Positions 18,797-28,666 are shown, counted from the first letter of the stretch. The stretch is 64,000 nucleotides of DNA from Vulcanimicrobiota bacterium (GCA_963786105.1 CAWAXX010000014.1:192001-256000), one strand, 5' to 3'. Numbers and translations are program-made. Notes: generated by a model from the letters alone, not told the origin.

Positions 18797-20688
18797 GAGT
18801 TCGCCTCGAGGCGCTCGCGGACCAGGGAGACGAAAGCCGCGATCGAGGCGTCGGGCGACACGGCGTCTGGCTCGAAGCCGGCCGCGCACGCGGCGCGCGC
18901 CGAAGCCGGCCCCATCGCGACGACCGCCGGGCGCCGTCGCGAGGATCGCAGGCGTGCCAGGTATGGCTCGGCGACCGCTACCGAGCCGCTCGACGGGAAA
19001 AGCAGCATATCGATGGTGCGTTCGGCGGGGTCGGGGCCGTCGTCCCCCGCGCGCAGTTCAACGACGTCAACCCCTTCGGCGCGTAAAGCGGCGGCAATCC
19101 GGCTTGGATGCTCCCGCGTACGCGGTAGCACGACCCGCCGGTCCGAGCGACCCGCGGCAAGCCCGGCGGCAAGGTCGGCGCCGAGCCTTTCGGCCTGTTC
19201 GACGTTTTCTACCCGGCGCTCCAGGCGTTTTCGTTGAACCGGGCCGTCCGGACCGACGGCATACGCCGCCCACACCACCGCCACGCCCTGCTCCAGACGG
19301 GCGTGCACGCCGATAGGTGCGCTGCAGCCGGCGCGCAGGGCTCGCAGTGCCGCCCGCTCGCATCGAACGCAAAGTTCGGCAAGCGGGTCGTTGATCGCCG
19401 CGTTCAGTTTGCCGGCGAGGACGGCGTCCTCGCTGCGCGTTTCGATGCCCAACGCGCCCTGGGCGACTGCCGGGACGACGACGTCGACCTCAAATGCGAC
19501 GGTATGTGCCGCCCGCAGTTTCAGGCGGTTCAGTCCCGCAATGGCAAGCACGACCGCGTCGTAGTCTCCGTCGCGCAGCTTACGTAGACGCGTATCGACG
19601 TTACCGCGAAGGTCTTCGAAGTGCAAATCCGGACGCAGTGCCGCTAGCTGCGAGCGGCGCCGCGGACTCGAGGTTCCGACGACGGCGCCTGCCGGAAGCG
19701 CGTCGAAGGTCGGAAAACGCTCGCTACAAAACGCGTCGCGCGGATCTTCGCGGACCGAGATAGCGGCGAGTCGCATGTCGCTCGCGAGTTCGCTCGGCAG
19801 GTCCTTGCAGGAGTGCACCGCGTAGTCGGCGCGACGATCGCGCAACGCGCTCTCGAGTTCCGCAACGAAAACGTTGACGCTTCCGATGCGATCGATCGCG
19901 CGATCCCGGTGCCGGTCGCCGGTCGTCGTTATCGGTAGGATCGTAGTCGCGATTCCTCGTGCGGCCAGACGTGCGGCGACCGTGCGAGTCTGCGTCATCG
20001 CCAGCGCGCTGGCACGCGACGCGCAGGTGACGGTCGCGGTCGGATTCGGTTGCGCGTCGTGACGCAGCCGCTCGATCGTCGCTTCCACCTCGTGTTCGGC
20101 GACGACGGGATTCATCGACGCGAGCTGGGCAATCGGTAGCGATGCCAGCGAACGGAGAACCTCGGAACGCCGCCCCGGCGGGAGCACGGTTTTGACGTAG
20201 GATCGCATGCGCGCGAGCGTGCGCGCAGCGCCGCCGTACTCGGGACCGTACGCGTCCGCGAGTTCGGCGGCAATACGCTTGGAAAGCGCCGGCGATCCTC
20301 CGCCGGTATCGACGCTCAAGGTGACGTCCCCGCGGCGTACGGTCGCCGGTATATGAAAGTCGCCGCGCTCAGAATCGATTGCGTCGCAAACGAGAACTCC
20401 GGCCGCGCGAGCGTCGCGCACGACGCCGGCATTGACGCCGTCGTCATCGGTCGCGGCGACGACCAAGGCCGCGTCTTGCACGTCGGCCGGTTCGTACGGT
20501 CGCTCGGCATAGCTGCCGTAACCCGCGAGCGAGCGCAAGCGATCGTCGGCGATCGACGTGGCAACCACGAAGATCGGGAAGCCGGCGGCGACGAGCGATT
20601 CGGCTTTGCGCGCCGCAACGCTGCCTCCGCCGACGATCAGGACTCGACGACCGTTGGGACGCAAAGCGATTGGAAGCATATGGGTCAT
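18793..20688 (-). CDS. hemC: Fusion of precorrin-2 dehydrogenase/ferrochelatase (SirC/CysG-N), hydroxymethylbilane synthase (HemC) and a short HemD-like domain
   Basis: VLIVGGGSVAARK and TGGGSPALS (SirC); HSCKDLP, GTSSPRR, LRGNVDTRL and GCSAPIG (HemC); FPSSGSV and MGPAS (HemD-like), all in one ORF. Confidence 0.88.
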   Translation of the reverse strand: MTHMLPIALRPNGRRVLIVGGGSVAARKAESLVAAGFPIFVVATSIADDRLRSLAGYGSYAERPYEPADVQDAALVVAATDDDGVNAGVVRDARAAGVLVCDAIDSERGDFHIPATVRRGDVTLSVDTGGGSPALSKRIAAELADAYGPEYGGAARTLARMRSYVKTVLPPGRRSEVLRSLASLPIAQLASMNPVVAEHEVEATIERLRHDAQPNPTATVTCASRASALAMTQTRTVAARLAARGIATTILPITTTGDRHRDRAIDRIGSVNVFVAELESALRDRRADYAVHSCKDLPSELASDMRLAAISVREDPRDAFCSERFPTFDALPAGAVVGTSSPRRRSQLAALRPDLHFEDLRGNVDTRLRKLRDGDYDAVVLAIAGLNRLKLRAAHTVAFEVDVVVPAVAQGALGIETRSEDAVLAGKLNAAINDPLAELCVRCERAALRALRAGCSAPIGVHARLEQGVAVVWAAYAVGPDGPVQRKRLERRVENVEQAERLGADLAAGLAAGRSDRRVVLPRTREHPSRIAAALRAEGVDVVELRAGDDGPDPAERTIDMLLFPSSGSVAVAEPYLARLRSSRRRPAVVAMGPASARAACAAGFEPDAVSPDASIAAFVSLVRERLEANS

Positions 20689-20727
20689 CAAAAGAGTTCC
20701 GCATCCGTTCGCCAAAAACCGCCGCAA

Positions 20728-22407
20728 GTGGCCGCAAAAGAGAGGTTCCCTGCCGCGGAGCGCCCTGCCCTCGCGGCGTTCGTCGGAGGTGTTGCGGCCG
20801 CGCTGATCACCCTGCCGGGCCTGGGCGTCGGCTCGTTGTGGGATAACAGCGAGACGGCATACGGCGAAGTTGCCCGTGAGATTCTGATCGGCCATGACTG
20901 GGTCGTCCTACATTTCAATACCGTCCCGTACTTCGTCCAGCCGCCGCTGTATTTTTGGCTTGGCGCGTTTTTTGCCATGCTGTTCGGACTGACGTCCTTC
21001 GCGTTGCGCTTGCCCTCGGCGCTGGCGACGATTGCGCTGGCAGCCATGACCGGTTATGCGGTCGCGCGCCAAGCCGGCACGCGTGTCGGTATCTTCGCAA
21101 GCGTCATTTTATCGAGCTGCTTGATGATGGCCGTCATCGGCCGGCTGGCGATCATGGACGCGCTCCTCGACCTAACCGTCGCGATGACGATTTTTTGGTG
21201 GTTCCGCGGTCTCGAAACTGGGCGCGACCGTTATATCGTGTACGGTTGGATTGCCGCCGGTTTCGGTTTTCTTGCCAAAGGCCTGGTGGCGCCCGTTATG
21301 GCGCTGCTGGTAATCGTGCCGTTCTTCGTCTGGAACAATCGACACGAGTCGACGCCGTTGCCGACGGCGCGCGCGTGGTTCCTCGGGTTAATCGCGTTTG
21401 CGGTCATCGTAGTACCGTGGCCGCTGGCATTGGTTTGGCAGTACCATCTGTTTCCGCTCGAAAAACTCTTCGGGCACTACACGATCGAGCGCTATACCGG
21501 CGTCATCGAAAACCAGTCCGGGCCGATTTGGTATTACGTGCCGGTCTTACTCTTGGGGTTTTTTCCGTGGACCGCTTTCTTGCCGATGGCCGTCGTCTAT
21601 GGCTTCCGGCAGTTGAAGGCGCTCCCGCAGGATCCGCATTTGGCGAGACTGGTACGCTTCGCGTTCACCTGGATCGCCGTGCCGCTGCTTTTCTTTAGCT
21701 TCGCGCGCACCAAGCTTCCCAACTATATCGCTTTGGAATTCCCCGCCTTCGCGCTGATTGCCGCGCTCTATTTTGAAGCCGTGGTGCGGCGCGGCGGAAC
21801 CCGGTCGGCCGTGATCTCTGCATCCTTCGTGCCGCTGACCATCGGCGCGGTCGCGCTGGCGATCGCGCTCTTCATGCGCAGCAACGAATTCGAAGCAACC
21901 GTCTCGCAGCTCGTTCCGGGACTGGTGGCGATGGGCGCGGTGGTCTTCGCCGGTTCGTTGTTGACGGCGCTGCTCGTAGCGCGCCCCTCTAACGTCGGAT
22001 CCGCGCCATACGCGCTGGCGATCACGATGCTGATCGCGGTCGACGTTCTCGCGTTGGCGGTTCTTCCGCACGCCGAGGCGTACAAGCCGATACCTCGGCT
22101 GGCCGCGATCATCAATCGCGAACGGGCGCCGTTCGACAAAGTCGCGATCCAGAGCACGTCGGGCGGAAATGCGCTGCTGTTCTACACCCGTCCCGACGTC
22201 GCGGTGCTCGCACCGCCCGGTGGCGGCGACCCCGAAACCGGTGGCATCGATCCACGCGTCGCGATTTGCGGCGCGCAACGCGCGTGGGTCATCGCACCGA
22301 AGAAGCGGCCCGCGTACGACCCCACCTACGGACGACGCCGCCGCTTGATCGCCACCGACATGAACGCCGCGTTATTTCTGTACGACGGCCCGCTCTGCAC
22401 GCTCTAA
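20728..22407 (+). CDS. Glycosyltransferase family 39 / ArnT-like membrane protein
   Basis: WDNSETAYGEVAREI, QPPLYFW, RLPSA, LAKG and TKLPNY motifs. Start uncertain (20680 or 20728). Confidence 0.85.
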   Translation: MAAKERFPAAERPALAAFVGGVAAALITLPGLGVGSLWDNSETAYGEVAREILIGHDWVVLHFNTVPYFVQPPLYFWLGAFFAMLFGLTSFALRLPSALATIALAAMTGYAVARQAGTRVGIFASVILSSCLMMAVIGRLAIMDALLDLTVAMTIFWWFRGLETGRDRYIVYGWIAAGFGFLAKGLVAPVMALLVIVPFFVWNNRHESTPLPTARAWFLGLIAFAVIVVPWPLALVWQYHLFPLEKLFGHYTIERYTGVIENQSGPIWYYVPVLLLGFFPWTAFLPMAVVYGFRQLKALPQDPHLARLVRFAFTWIAVPLLFFSFARTKLPNYIALEFPAFALIAALYFEAVVRRGGTRSAVISASFVPLTIGAVALAIALFMRSNEFEATVSQLVPGLVAMGAVVFAGSLLTALLVARPSNVGSAPYALAITMLIAVDVLALAVLPHAEAYKPIPRLAAIINRERAPFDKVAIQSTSGGNALLFYTRPDVAVLAPPGGGDPETGGIDPRVAICGAQRAWVIAPKKRPAYDPTYGRRRRLIATDMNAALFLYDGPLCTL

Positions 22408-22427
22408 GCGCGCGTCGTCCCGAGTCG

Positions 22428-22615
22428 TGTCATCCTGAGCGGAGCTCGCGTTAGCGAGCGCAGTCGAAGGATGAACGGCGCGATCTCGCACTCGCGGGAC
22501 GCTCGCTTTTTCGGATCCGTCCGAAAAAGCTGCTCGGCCGGCTCGTCGCTCCCGGCATCCGTGCCTCCGCTCCTCGTCCGGACGCCCGCTCGTCGCGGGA
22601 TCGCGCCGTTCGTCC
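22428..22615 (+). repeat. Composite structured intergenic repeat, copy A (REP unit plus core enclosed by a 21-bp stem)
   Basis: REP unit 22428-22471; stem 22469-22489 pairs with 22595-22615 (two G-U pairs on the + strand); core shared with 25041-25187 in reverse orientation. Confidence 0.8.
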
Positions 22616-22629
22616 GTACGACTTGCGAC

Positions 22630-24159
22630 CTACGGCTTGTATCCGCTTACTTGAGCTGCGGTAACCGCTGAAGCTTTGTTGCTGCCTAGGGAAGTGCGAA
22701 TGTACGTAATGACGTCGGCGACGTCGCCGTTCGAAAGCGTACCCTTCCACGCCGGCATCATGCCGTTATACGATTGCCCACCAACCGAAATCGCACCGTG
22801 AAGGCCGTTGAGCACGATGCCGATGACTTTGTTCGGATCGCCCGTAACGACGGGATTATTGGTAAGCGGCGGGAACGCGCCAGGCTGGCCTTGGCCCTGC
22901 GCGCCGTGGCACGACGAACAGTTCGTCGAAAAGACTTTCGCTCCGTTGGCACTGCCAGCTGCCGCCGCGCCGCCTGCAGCCGGCGCGCCGCCGCCGCCAG
23001 TGGTCGCGCCGGTCGATGCGGTTGAGGTGGTTGACGTTTCCGACATCGCCAGGACCGTGGCCTGGCTTGGCGATGGTGGCGCCGCCGCCTGTTTGGCCAT
23101 CGTGGTGACCTGTGCGTATATCGAAAGAACGACGATAACAATTACCATGATGGTCGTGCCCCACAGGATGCCTTTTCGCGAAGAAAAACTGCGCGTCGTA
23201 CTGCGGTCGAGCCAGGGAATCACCAGGACGACGACCAGGAAAAGGGTTGGAACGATGATGGTGGCGATGAGCTCCATCGGCAGCGGAATCGGTCCGATGC
23301 TGAGCGATGGCGGCACGAGGCCGAGCAGCCCGAACAGCGAGAGAAAATACCAGGCCGGATACGGAACGAACTGCGAGTTGGTCGGATCTGCTTTGGCGTC
23401 GAGGAACGGTGGAAAGAACAGCGCCAAGAAGATGATGACGACGAACACCAAAAACGAGACCGCGGCATCCATGAACATTTGATCCGGCCAGAAGCGCCCG
23501 ACTTTGAGCTTGCGCGGATCGTCGACGACCGGACCGGCCGAACCGTTATGGCGGAAGATGGCTAAATGCGCGCCGACGAGCCCGACAAGCGCGGCCGGCA
23601 TCAACCACACGTGAAGACCGAAGAAGCGGTTGATCGTCGCCGTACCCATCGTCCCCCCTCCTTGCGCGATATTTTGGAGGATCGGTCCGGCGACCGGCGC
23701 GAGGCCGGTGATATTGAGCGAAACTTGCGAAGCGAAGTACGCATCCATGTCCCACGGCAAGAGGTAGCCGGTGAGTCCGAGGACCAGCGTCACCAACAGC
23801 AACAGGACGCCGACCACCCATTGTAGCTCGCGAGGCGACTTGTAGGCTCCCCAAATCAGCACTTGCAGCAAGTGAAGGAAGACCAGCGCGATCATCGCCG
23901 ACGCGCCCCAGTAGTGAACCGAAAGCAAGAAGTGCGTAGACGGGTTGAGGTAAATTGCGCGGGTCGATTCCCACGCGGTGTCGGCCGACGGCGCGTAAAA
24001 GAACGTGAGGAAAATCCCAGTAACGATCTGCACGATCATCGCGAAGAGCGTCGCACTGCCGAACACGTACCAATAACTCGCGCCGCCGGGGACGTCCTCG
24101 GTGAGGAAATCCTTGGTCAGCGAAACGAAGCCGGTGCGTTTCTCGATCCAGTTGAGCAT
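22630..24159 (-). CDS. Cytochrome b (b6 plus subunit IV-like) fused to a C-terminal monoheme cytochrome c; quinol:cytochrome c reductase subunit
   Basis: Four heme-b His (H-x13-H and H-x14-H), TGYLLPW, PAWY, and CSSCH...MP c-type domain after a Thr/Gly/Ala linker. Confidence 0.92.
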   Translation of the reverse strand: MLNWIEKRTGFVSLTKDFLTEDVPGGASYWYVFGSATLFAMIVQIVTGIFLTFFYAPSADTAWESTRAIYLNPSTHFLLSVHYWGASAMIALVFLHLLQVLIWGAYKSPRELQWVVGVLLLLVTLVLGLTGYLLPWDMDAYFASQVSLNITGLAPVAGPILQNIAQGGGTMGTATINRFFGLHVWLMPAALVGLVGAHLAIFRHNGSAGPVVDDPRKLKVGRFWPDQMFMDAAVSFLVFVVIIFLALFFPPFLDAKADPTNSQFVPYPAWYFLSLFGLLGLVPPSLSIGPIPLPMELIATIIVPTLFLVVVLVIPWLDRSTTRSFSSRKGILWGTTIMVIVIVVLSIYAQVTTMAKQAAAPPSPSQATVLAMSETSTTSTASTGATTGGGGAPAAGGAAAAGSANGAKVFSTNCSSCHGAQGQGQPGAFPPLTNNPVVTGDPNKVIGIVLNGLHGAISVGGQSYNGMMPAWKGTLSNGDVADVITYIRTSLGSNKASAVTAAQVSGYKP

Positions 24160-24178
24160 CGATATTCTTCCTTCGGCC

Positions 24179-24895
24179 TTACGCTTGGTACGAAACGATG
24201 ATGCGCGCGGGGGTGTTGGGCTGGTACTGAATCCAAGTAACGTCGGCCGAGCCGCTCTGTTCGCGCAGCGGCAACGGGTCGAGACCGCGCGGCGCCGGGC
24301 CGGCTACGTGTGTGCCGTCGAAGTTATACTGCGATCCGTGGCACGGACAGAGGAACTTGTTGGCCGACGCGCTCCAGTTGAAACGGCAACCGAGATGCGG
24401 ACAGATCGGGCTGAAGATCACGAAGCCGAGGTTGACGGCCGGATACGTGGTGTCGCCACCGGCGACTTTGTAAATGTCGGGACGGGCGGCCTGGAACTTG
24501 GCAGCGTCGATCTTGATCCCCCAGACGTACTCGTCCGCCTCTTTGGTCGGCAGATACCCGTCCTTGTATTTCAAGGTAAAGGTCATCTTCACGGGCTTTG
24601 AGGTTGCTTCACCCAACGCGTCCACTTCGGTCTTGGTCAGCGGCGACCAACTGCCTTTGCCTTCGGTACCCGCAGGGAGCAGCGACCCGACGATCGGCAC
24701 CGCCAAGACGACGCCGATTATGCCGCTAACGGTCATGGTCGCATTGGCCATGAACGTGCGCCGGCTGACCTCTTCAGAAGTCTCCGGCTGGTCGTAAGCA
24801 CTCAAAATTTTTCGCTGGACGCCTTCAGAAGCGTCGGCGGCTCCATGATTCGACACACTGGCTCTCCCGGGTGGCAGGTAACGGCTGACGGTCAC
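24179..24895 (-). CDS. Rieske iron-sulfur subunit of the cytochrome bc complex
   Basis: CPHLGC and CPCHGS motifs; SRRTFM Tat motif plus TM. Start may be 24856. Confidence 0.92.
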   Translation of the reverse strand: MTVSRYLPPGRASVSNHGAADASEGVQRKILSAYDQPETSEEVSRRTFMANATMTVSGIIGVVLAVPIVGSLLPAGTEGKGSWSPLTKTEVDALGEATSKPVKMTFTLKYKDGYLPTKEADEYVWGIKIDAAKFQAARPDIYKVAGGDTTYPAVNLGFVIFSPICPHLGCRFNWSASANKFLCPCHGSQYNFDGTHVAGPAPRGLDPLPLREQSGSADVTWIQYQPNTPARIIVSYQA

Positions 24896-25003
24896 TTTAC
24901 CTACGATTGTAAATCTGCCCTTTTAGAAGCCTGTCAGACTTAAGCACACTCCCGTCTTCGGGTCCGCCTTTCGTCCTAACGCGTTGTCCGCGCGTCGCGA
25001 TGC

Positions 25004-25215
25004 TACCCTCCCGCTGCGCTATCCTACGTGCGCAGGCCTCTGGACGAGGAGCGAAGGCTGGATGCCGGGAGCGTCCTTCGACTGCGGCGCGGAGCCTGTG
25101 CTGAGCGAGCGAAGCGAGTCGAAGTGCGCCTCCGCTCAGGATGTCGGTGGCGGATTTTCGACGGATGCGAAAAAGCGAGCGTCCCGCAAACGTAGGATAG
25201 CGCAGCGGGAGGGTA
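25004..25215 (-). repeat. Composite structured repeat, copy B (MITE-like, 26-bp perfect terminal inverted repeats)
   Basis: 25004-25029 TACCCTCCCGCTGCGCTATCCTACGT is the exact reverse complement of 25190-25215. Encloses the shared core and a REP unit. Confidence 0.82.
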
Positions 25216-25237
25216 ACACGCCGAACGCGGACTTTTG

Positions 25238-26161
25238 TCAGATCTTGTAGCTGTGCAGACCCGAGATGAAGATATTCACTCCCAGGTAGCAAAAAATGAT
25301 CGAGACGAAGCCGATCACGCTGACCCAATTCGTGCGCACGCCGCGCCAGGCATGACGGGTGTGCAGATGCATGTAGGCGAGGTAGATGATCCACGAAAAG
25401 AGCGCGGCGGTCTCTTTCGGATCCCATTGCCAATATGCGCCCCACGCTTCTTTGGCCCACATCGCGCCCGTGATGATGCCGATCGAAATCAGGGGCAAGC
25501 CGATGGCGACGGCGCGGTAGACGATCGTGTCGAGCGCGGGAAGCGTGGGCAGCGCCCCGAGCCACGTCGCAACCGGATTTCCCGCGGCGGCGGCCGCAGC
25601 CATCGCCGGGGTGTCGCGCCGCAACGAACCGCCGCCCGCCATCGCGAACTCTGCGACCGGGGCGCGTTCGAAGGCGCGCTCGGCGTAGTACTTCAATAAA
25701 TAGATGCACGAGAAGACGAAGGCCACCAAAAAGGCCGCATACGACGACACCACCAGCGGAACGTGGATCTTGGCCCAATACGATTGCAGCGACGGGACGG
25801 CCGGCATCGTGCCTTCGTTCCAGGTCACGCCGTAGGCCAGAAAAATTGCGGCCAGCGCCAGCACGAAACCCCCGGCAAACCAAAGATCGTAACGAAACGC
25901 AAAGCCGATGTAGATCGCTACGGCCATTGCGGCAAACAGCGAAAGCGAACCGTACAAATTGAGCAGCGGCCACACGCCGGTCAGCTCGAAGCGCGCGATC
26001 AACTGCGCGAATTGCGCCGCGCACCCGAGGATGGCGAGCGGCATACCGAATAACCGGAGCCATTCGTGGCGCGAGAAGAAATAGCCGAGGAGCGCCAGCG
26101 CCGCAAGAACGTACGATCCGAGCGCCGTTACCATAAGAACTTCGTCGAGCGACATCTTCAT
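25238..26161 (-). CDS. ccsA: Cytochrome c biogenesis protein CcsA/ResC (system II)
   Basis: WAKEAWGAYWQWDPKET (WWD domain), LQSYW.KIHV and GLHSY motifs. Confidence 0.93.
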   Translation of the reverse strand: MKMSLDEVLMVTALGSYVLAALALLGYFFSRHEWLRLFGMPLAILGCAAQFAQLIARFELTGVWPLLNLYGSLSLFAAMAVAIYIGFAFRYDLWFAGGFVLALAAIFLAYGVTWNEGTMPAVPSLQSYWAKIHVPLVVSSYAAFLVAFVFSCIYLLKYYAERAFERAPVAEFAMAGGGSLRRDTPAMAAAAAAGNPVATWLGALPTLPALDTIVYRAVAIGLPLISIGIITGAMWAKEAWGAYWQWDPKETAALFSWIIYLAYMHLHTRHAWRGVRTNWVSVIGFVSIIFCYLGVNIFISGLHSYKI

Positions 26162-27549
26162 GTTGCCAATCCCCAATCGGTTTCTCCGACAGCCGCATCG
26201 CCCGCCGTGCCCGCTTCCCTTCTTAAGGCTACCACCAGCCGATCAAAAACGTTCTCGAAAACGTCGTAGCCTTTTACGGTGGTAGCCGCAATGCCGACCC
26301 GGCAGCGGCGCGATCCGGTTTCGTCGACCCGTACGAACAGGCGCGCCGGCAAGAAGTAAAACGAAACGATCAATCCAGTCAGCAAGACGAACGCGCCGAT
26401 GCCGACCAACGCAACGCCGGGATCGTACCGGTACTGAAACCCGCTATAGAGCACGTAGCGATCCGGGGTCACCCGCCAACCGTCGCCGACGTCGATCCAC
26501 GAATGCAGCGGAACGAGCGCGTCTCCGAGCGAGTTTCCGCCTTGCATGACGGCCAAGACGATCCCCGGGTTGTTGACGCGCGGATCGGCTCCGGGCATTC
26601 CGGACTGGCGATCGACCGTCGGCACGAAGCGCTCGTACGCGACGCTTCGCGCGCTCCCGGGAATCTCGAACGAGTCGCCCTCGAACAGCGTCCGATCGGA
26701 AATCTGGGCGGTGTGCCGGCCGCGACGTTCGATCCGAAAGTGCATCCCGAAGCCGTAGCTGGCTTGGTAATAGAGCGTGCCATCGACGTTTATCGGATGG
26801 TTGACGCGGACGGTTGCGTGCCTCGGTATGCCGTCGTTTCCGGTGACCGTCACGTTGGAGACGTAGTCGATCGGCTGGTAGACCATGCCGCTCTTGGTCA
26901 GGATGGGTTGGATTTTGTAACGAAAGCCGTCGAGCCGAAGAACCGCGTGCGTCTGCGAGATTTGGACCGCTTGACCGGTAAGCACCGCCGTTTCCCCCGA
27001 GAATCCGCGCGCCCAGTATAGGGTCGCGCCGGCCGCTACGATCACGAAACCGAGGTGCGCGATCAGCACGCCGCGGCGCGCCCAGTTGTGACGGTCCGCA
27101 AACGTCCACTCGACCCCGCCGAAGATGCGTTCGCGCAACTGCCAGCCGCGCGCGGCTAGGAACTGCGTCACGGCGTTGCGCACGTCGCTCGCATCGCCGG
27201 CCGTCTCGAAAGCGGCGTGCAGCGGGATTTTGTCGATCTGCACGGGATGCAGCCTCGGCAGACGCGCCGGAATGACGCGCTTGAAGGTGCAAACCGCGAG
27301 CGAAAGCAGAATGAGGCCGACGATACCGACGTACCAGGGCGAGTGATAAACGTTGTCGAGATCGAGCCGCAGAATCGCGCGCGCGACCGGCGCAGCGTAG
27401 CTCGCGAAGTATTCTGAGGGATCTTTCCCTTGATCGACGAGGACGCCGATGAGCGTCAGGATTCCCCAAACGACGAACAGCGACACCGCAAACATGACGT
27501 TTCCAAAGGTGCGAATGAAATCGCCGTACAGACCGAACACGCGCGTCAT
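26158..27549 (-). CDS. resB: Cytochrome c biogenesis protein ResB/Ccs1
   Basis: VYHSPWY, LAVCT, AHLG, VNHP, YYQASYG and YDPG motifs. Confidence 0.9.
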   Translation of the reverse strand: MTRVFGLYGDFIRTFGNVMFAVSLFVVWGILTLIGVLVDQGKDPSEYFASYAAPVARAILRLDLDNVYHSPWYVGIVGLILLSLAVCTFKRVIPARLPRLHPVQIDKIPLHAAFETAGDASDVRNAVTQFLAARGWQLRERIFGGVEWTFADRHNWARRGVLIAHLGFVIVAAGATLYWARGFSGETAVLTGQAVQISQTHAVLRLDGFRYKIQPILTKSGMVYQPIDYVSNVTVTGNDGIPRHATVRVNHPINVDGTLYYQASYGFGMHFRIERRGRHTAQISDRTLFEGDSFEIPGSARSVAYERFVPTVDRQSGMPGADPRVNNPGIVLAVMQGGNSLGDALVPLHSWIDVGDGWRVTPDRYVLYSGFQYRYDPGVALVGIGAFVLLTGLIVSFYFLPARLFVRVDETGSRRCRVGIAATTVKGYDVFENVFDRLVVALRREAGTAGDAAVGETDWGLAT

Positions 27550-28331
27550 AGCGAAGCCGCCGGCTCCTTGGCGGGGTGCCAGGTCCGTTCGAATAGCACG
27601 ATGACCCAAATCGAGAGTTCGTACAGCACGTACATCGGTACGGCTAGCAGCGCCATTGTCAGCGGGTTGCCGTCGGGAGCGGCAAATCCGCCCGCGATGA
27701 AAAACCCGAAGATCGCGTGGCGGCGGTAGCGCATCAATAGCGACGCGTTCACGATGCCGAGTCGCGCCATTCCGACGAGGACGATCGGCGTTTGGAAAAT
27801 TACGGCGAACAGCGCGAGCAGGATGATAACGAAGCTCAACGTCGCGGCAATGCCGAAAGTGGGGGTGGCTACGGCGTCGGTAATGTGCAGCAGGGCCGCG
27901 ACGACGCGCGGAATGACGATAAAGTGCGCGAAGGCGAGACCGGCAAACGCGAGCAGCATCGACGGCAAAACGAACGCGTACACCATGCGCCGCGTGCGCG
28001 GATGGATCGCCGGGACGACGAATAGCCACAGTTGTTGCAGCAGCACCGGCATGCCGAACACGATGCCGCCGACCAGCGATAGTTTGAACTCGGTGAAGAT
28101 GACGTCGGCCGGCCCGAACGCGTGGAGCGCAATGCCGTGGAAATACTCGTCCATCATCCACTTGATAACGAACTGCGACGGCCAGAACAGAAGGATCGCG
28201 ATCCCGCCGACGGTGGCGATGGAGATCAGAAGACGGCTACGGAGCTCCCGCAGGTGCTCCGTAAACGGCATCTCCTTTTGATCCCACGGCGCCTCGTCGT
28301 CGGGCCGGTCCGCGGGCTGCTGCACGAGCAA
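27546..28331 (-). CDS. tatC: Twin-arginine translocase subunit TatC
   Basis: MPFTEHLRELRSRL, FQTP, RRHA, PDG and LYELS motifs. Confidence 0.93.
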   Translation of the reverse strand: MLVQQPADRPDDEAPWDQKEMPFTEHLRELRSRLLISIATVGGIAILLFWPSQFVIKWMMDEYFHGIALHAFGPADVIFTEFKLSLVGGIVFGMPVLLQQLWLFVVPAIHPRTRRMVYAFVLPSMLLAFAGLAFAHFIVIPRVVAALLHITDAVATPTFGIAATLSFVIILLALFAVIFQTPIVLVGMARLGIVNASLLMRYRRHAIFGFFIAGGFAAPDGNPLTMALLAVPMYVLYELSIWVIVLFERTWHPAKEPAASL

Positions 28332-28342
28332 ATCGGCGCCCT

Positions 28343-28645
28343 TTAAGAACTCAACGTACCCTTATCCGGGGTCGGCGGTGGTACCGCCTCACCCGTCATG
28401 GATCCGGCTTCGACGTTGTTCATGAGGTCGGCGTGTTGCTCGGCGTTACGTTGCCGCGCTTCCTCGCGCGCGCGTGCGGCGGCTTCGTCGGCCTCCATCT
28501 GTCCCATCACGAACTCTTTCTTCGCCTGGCCGGCGCTACGGGCGAGCTTCGGGAGCTTCTCGGCGCCGAATAATAGCGCGCCCACCACCAAGATGCCGAT
28601 GATGATCGGCGCATCGATGAACGCGAGAAGTGAGTGTATCGCCAT
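28343..28645 (-). CDS. tatA: Twin-arginine translocase TatA/E subunit
   Basis: LLFGAEKLPKLARSAGQAKKEF. Confidence 0.9.
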   Translation of the reverse strand: MAIHSLLAFIDAPIIIGILVVGALLFGAEKLPKLARSAGQAKKEFVMGQMEADEAAARAREEARQRNAEQHADLMNNVEAGSMTGEAVPPPTPDKGTLSS

Positions 28646-28666
28646 GACCGTCTCCTTGTATTGCGC

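Noticed and set aside
24896..25003. Rex operator upstream of the Rieske gene or the hem operon
   Set aside because: No TTGTGAA-N4-TTCACAA-like palindrome was seen here or near 20690-20730.
22428..25215. CRISPR array or autonomous IS element
   Set aside because: Repeats are dispersed rather than regularly spaced, and no cas or transposase ORF is in the window.
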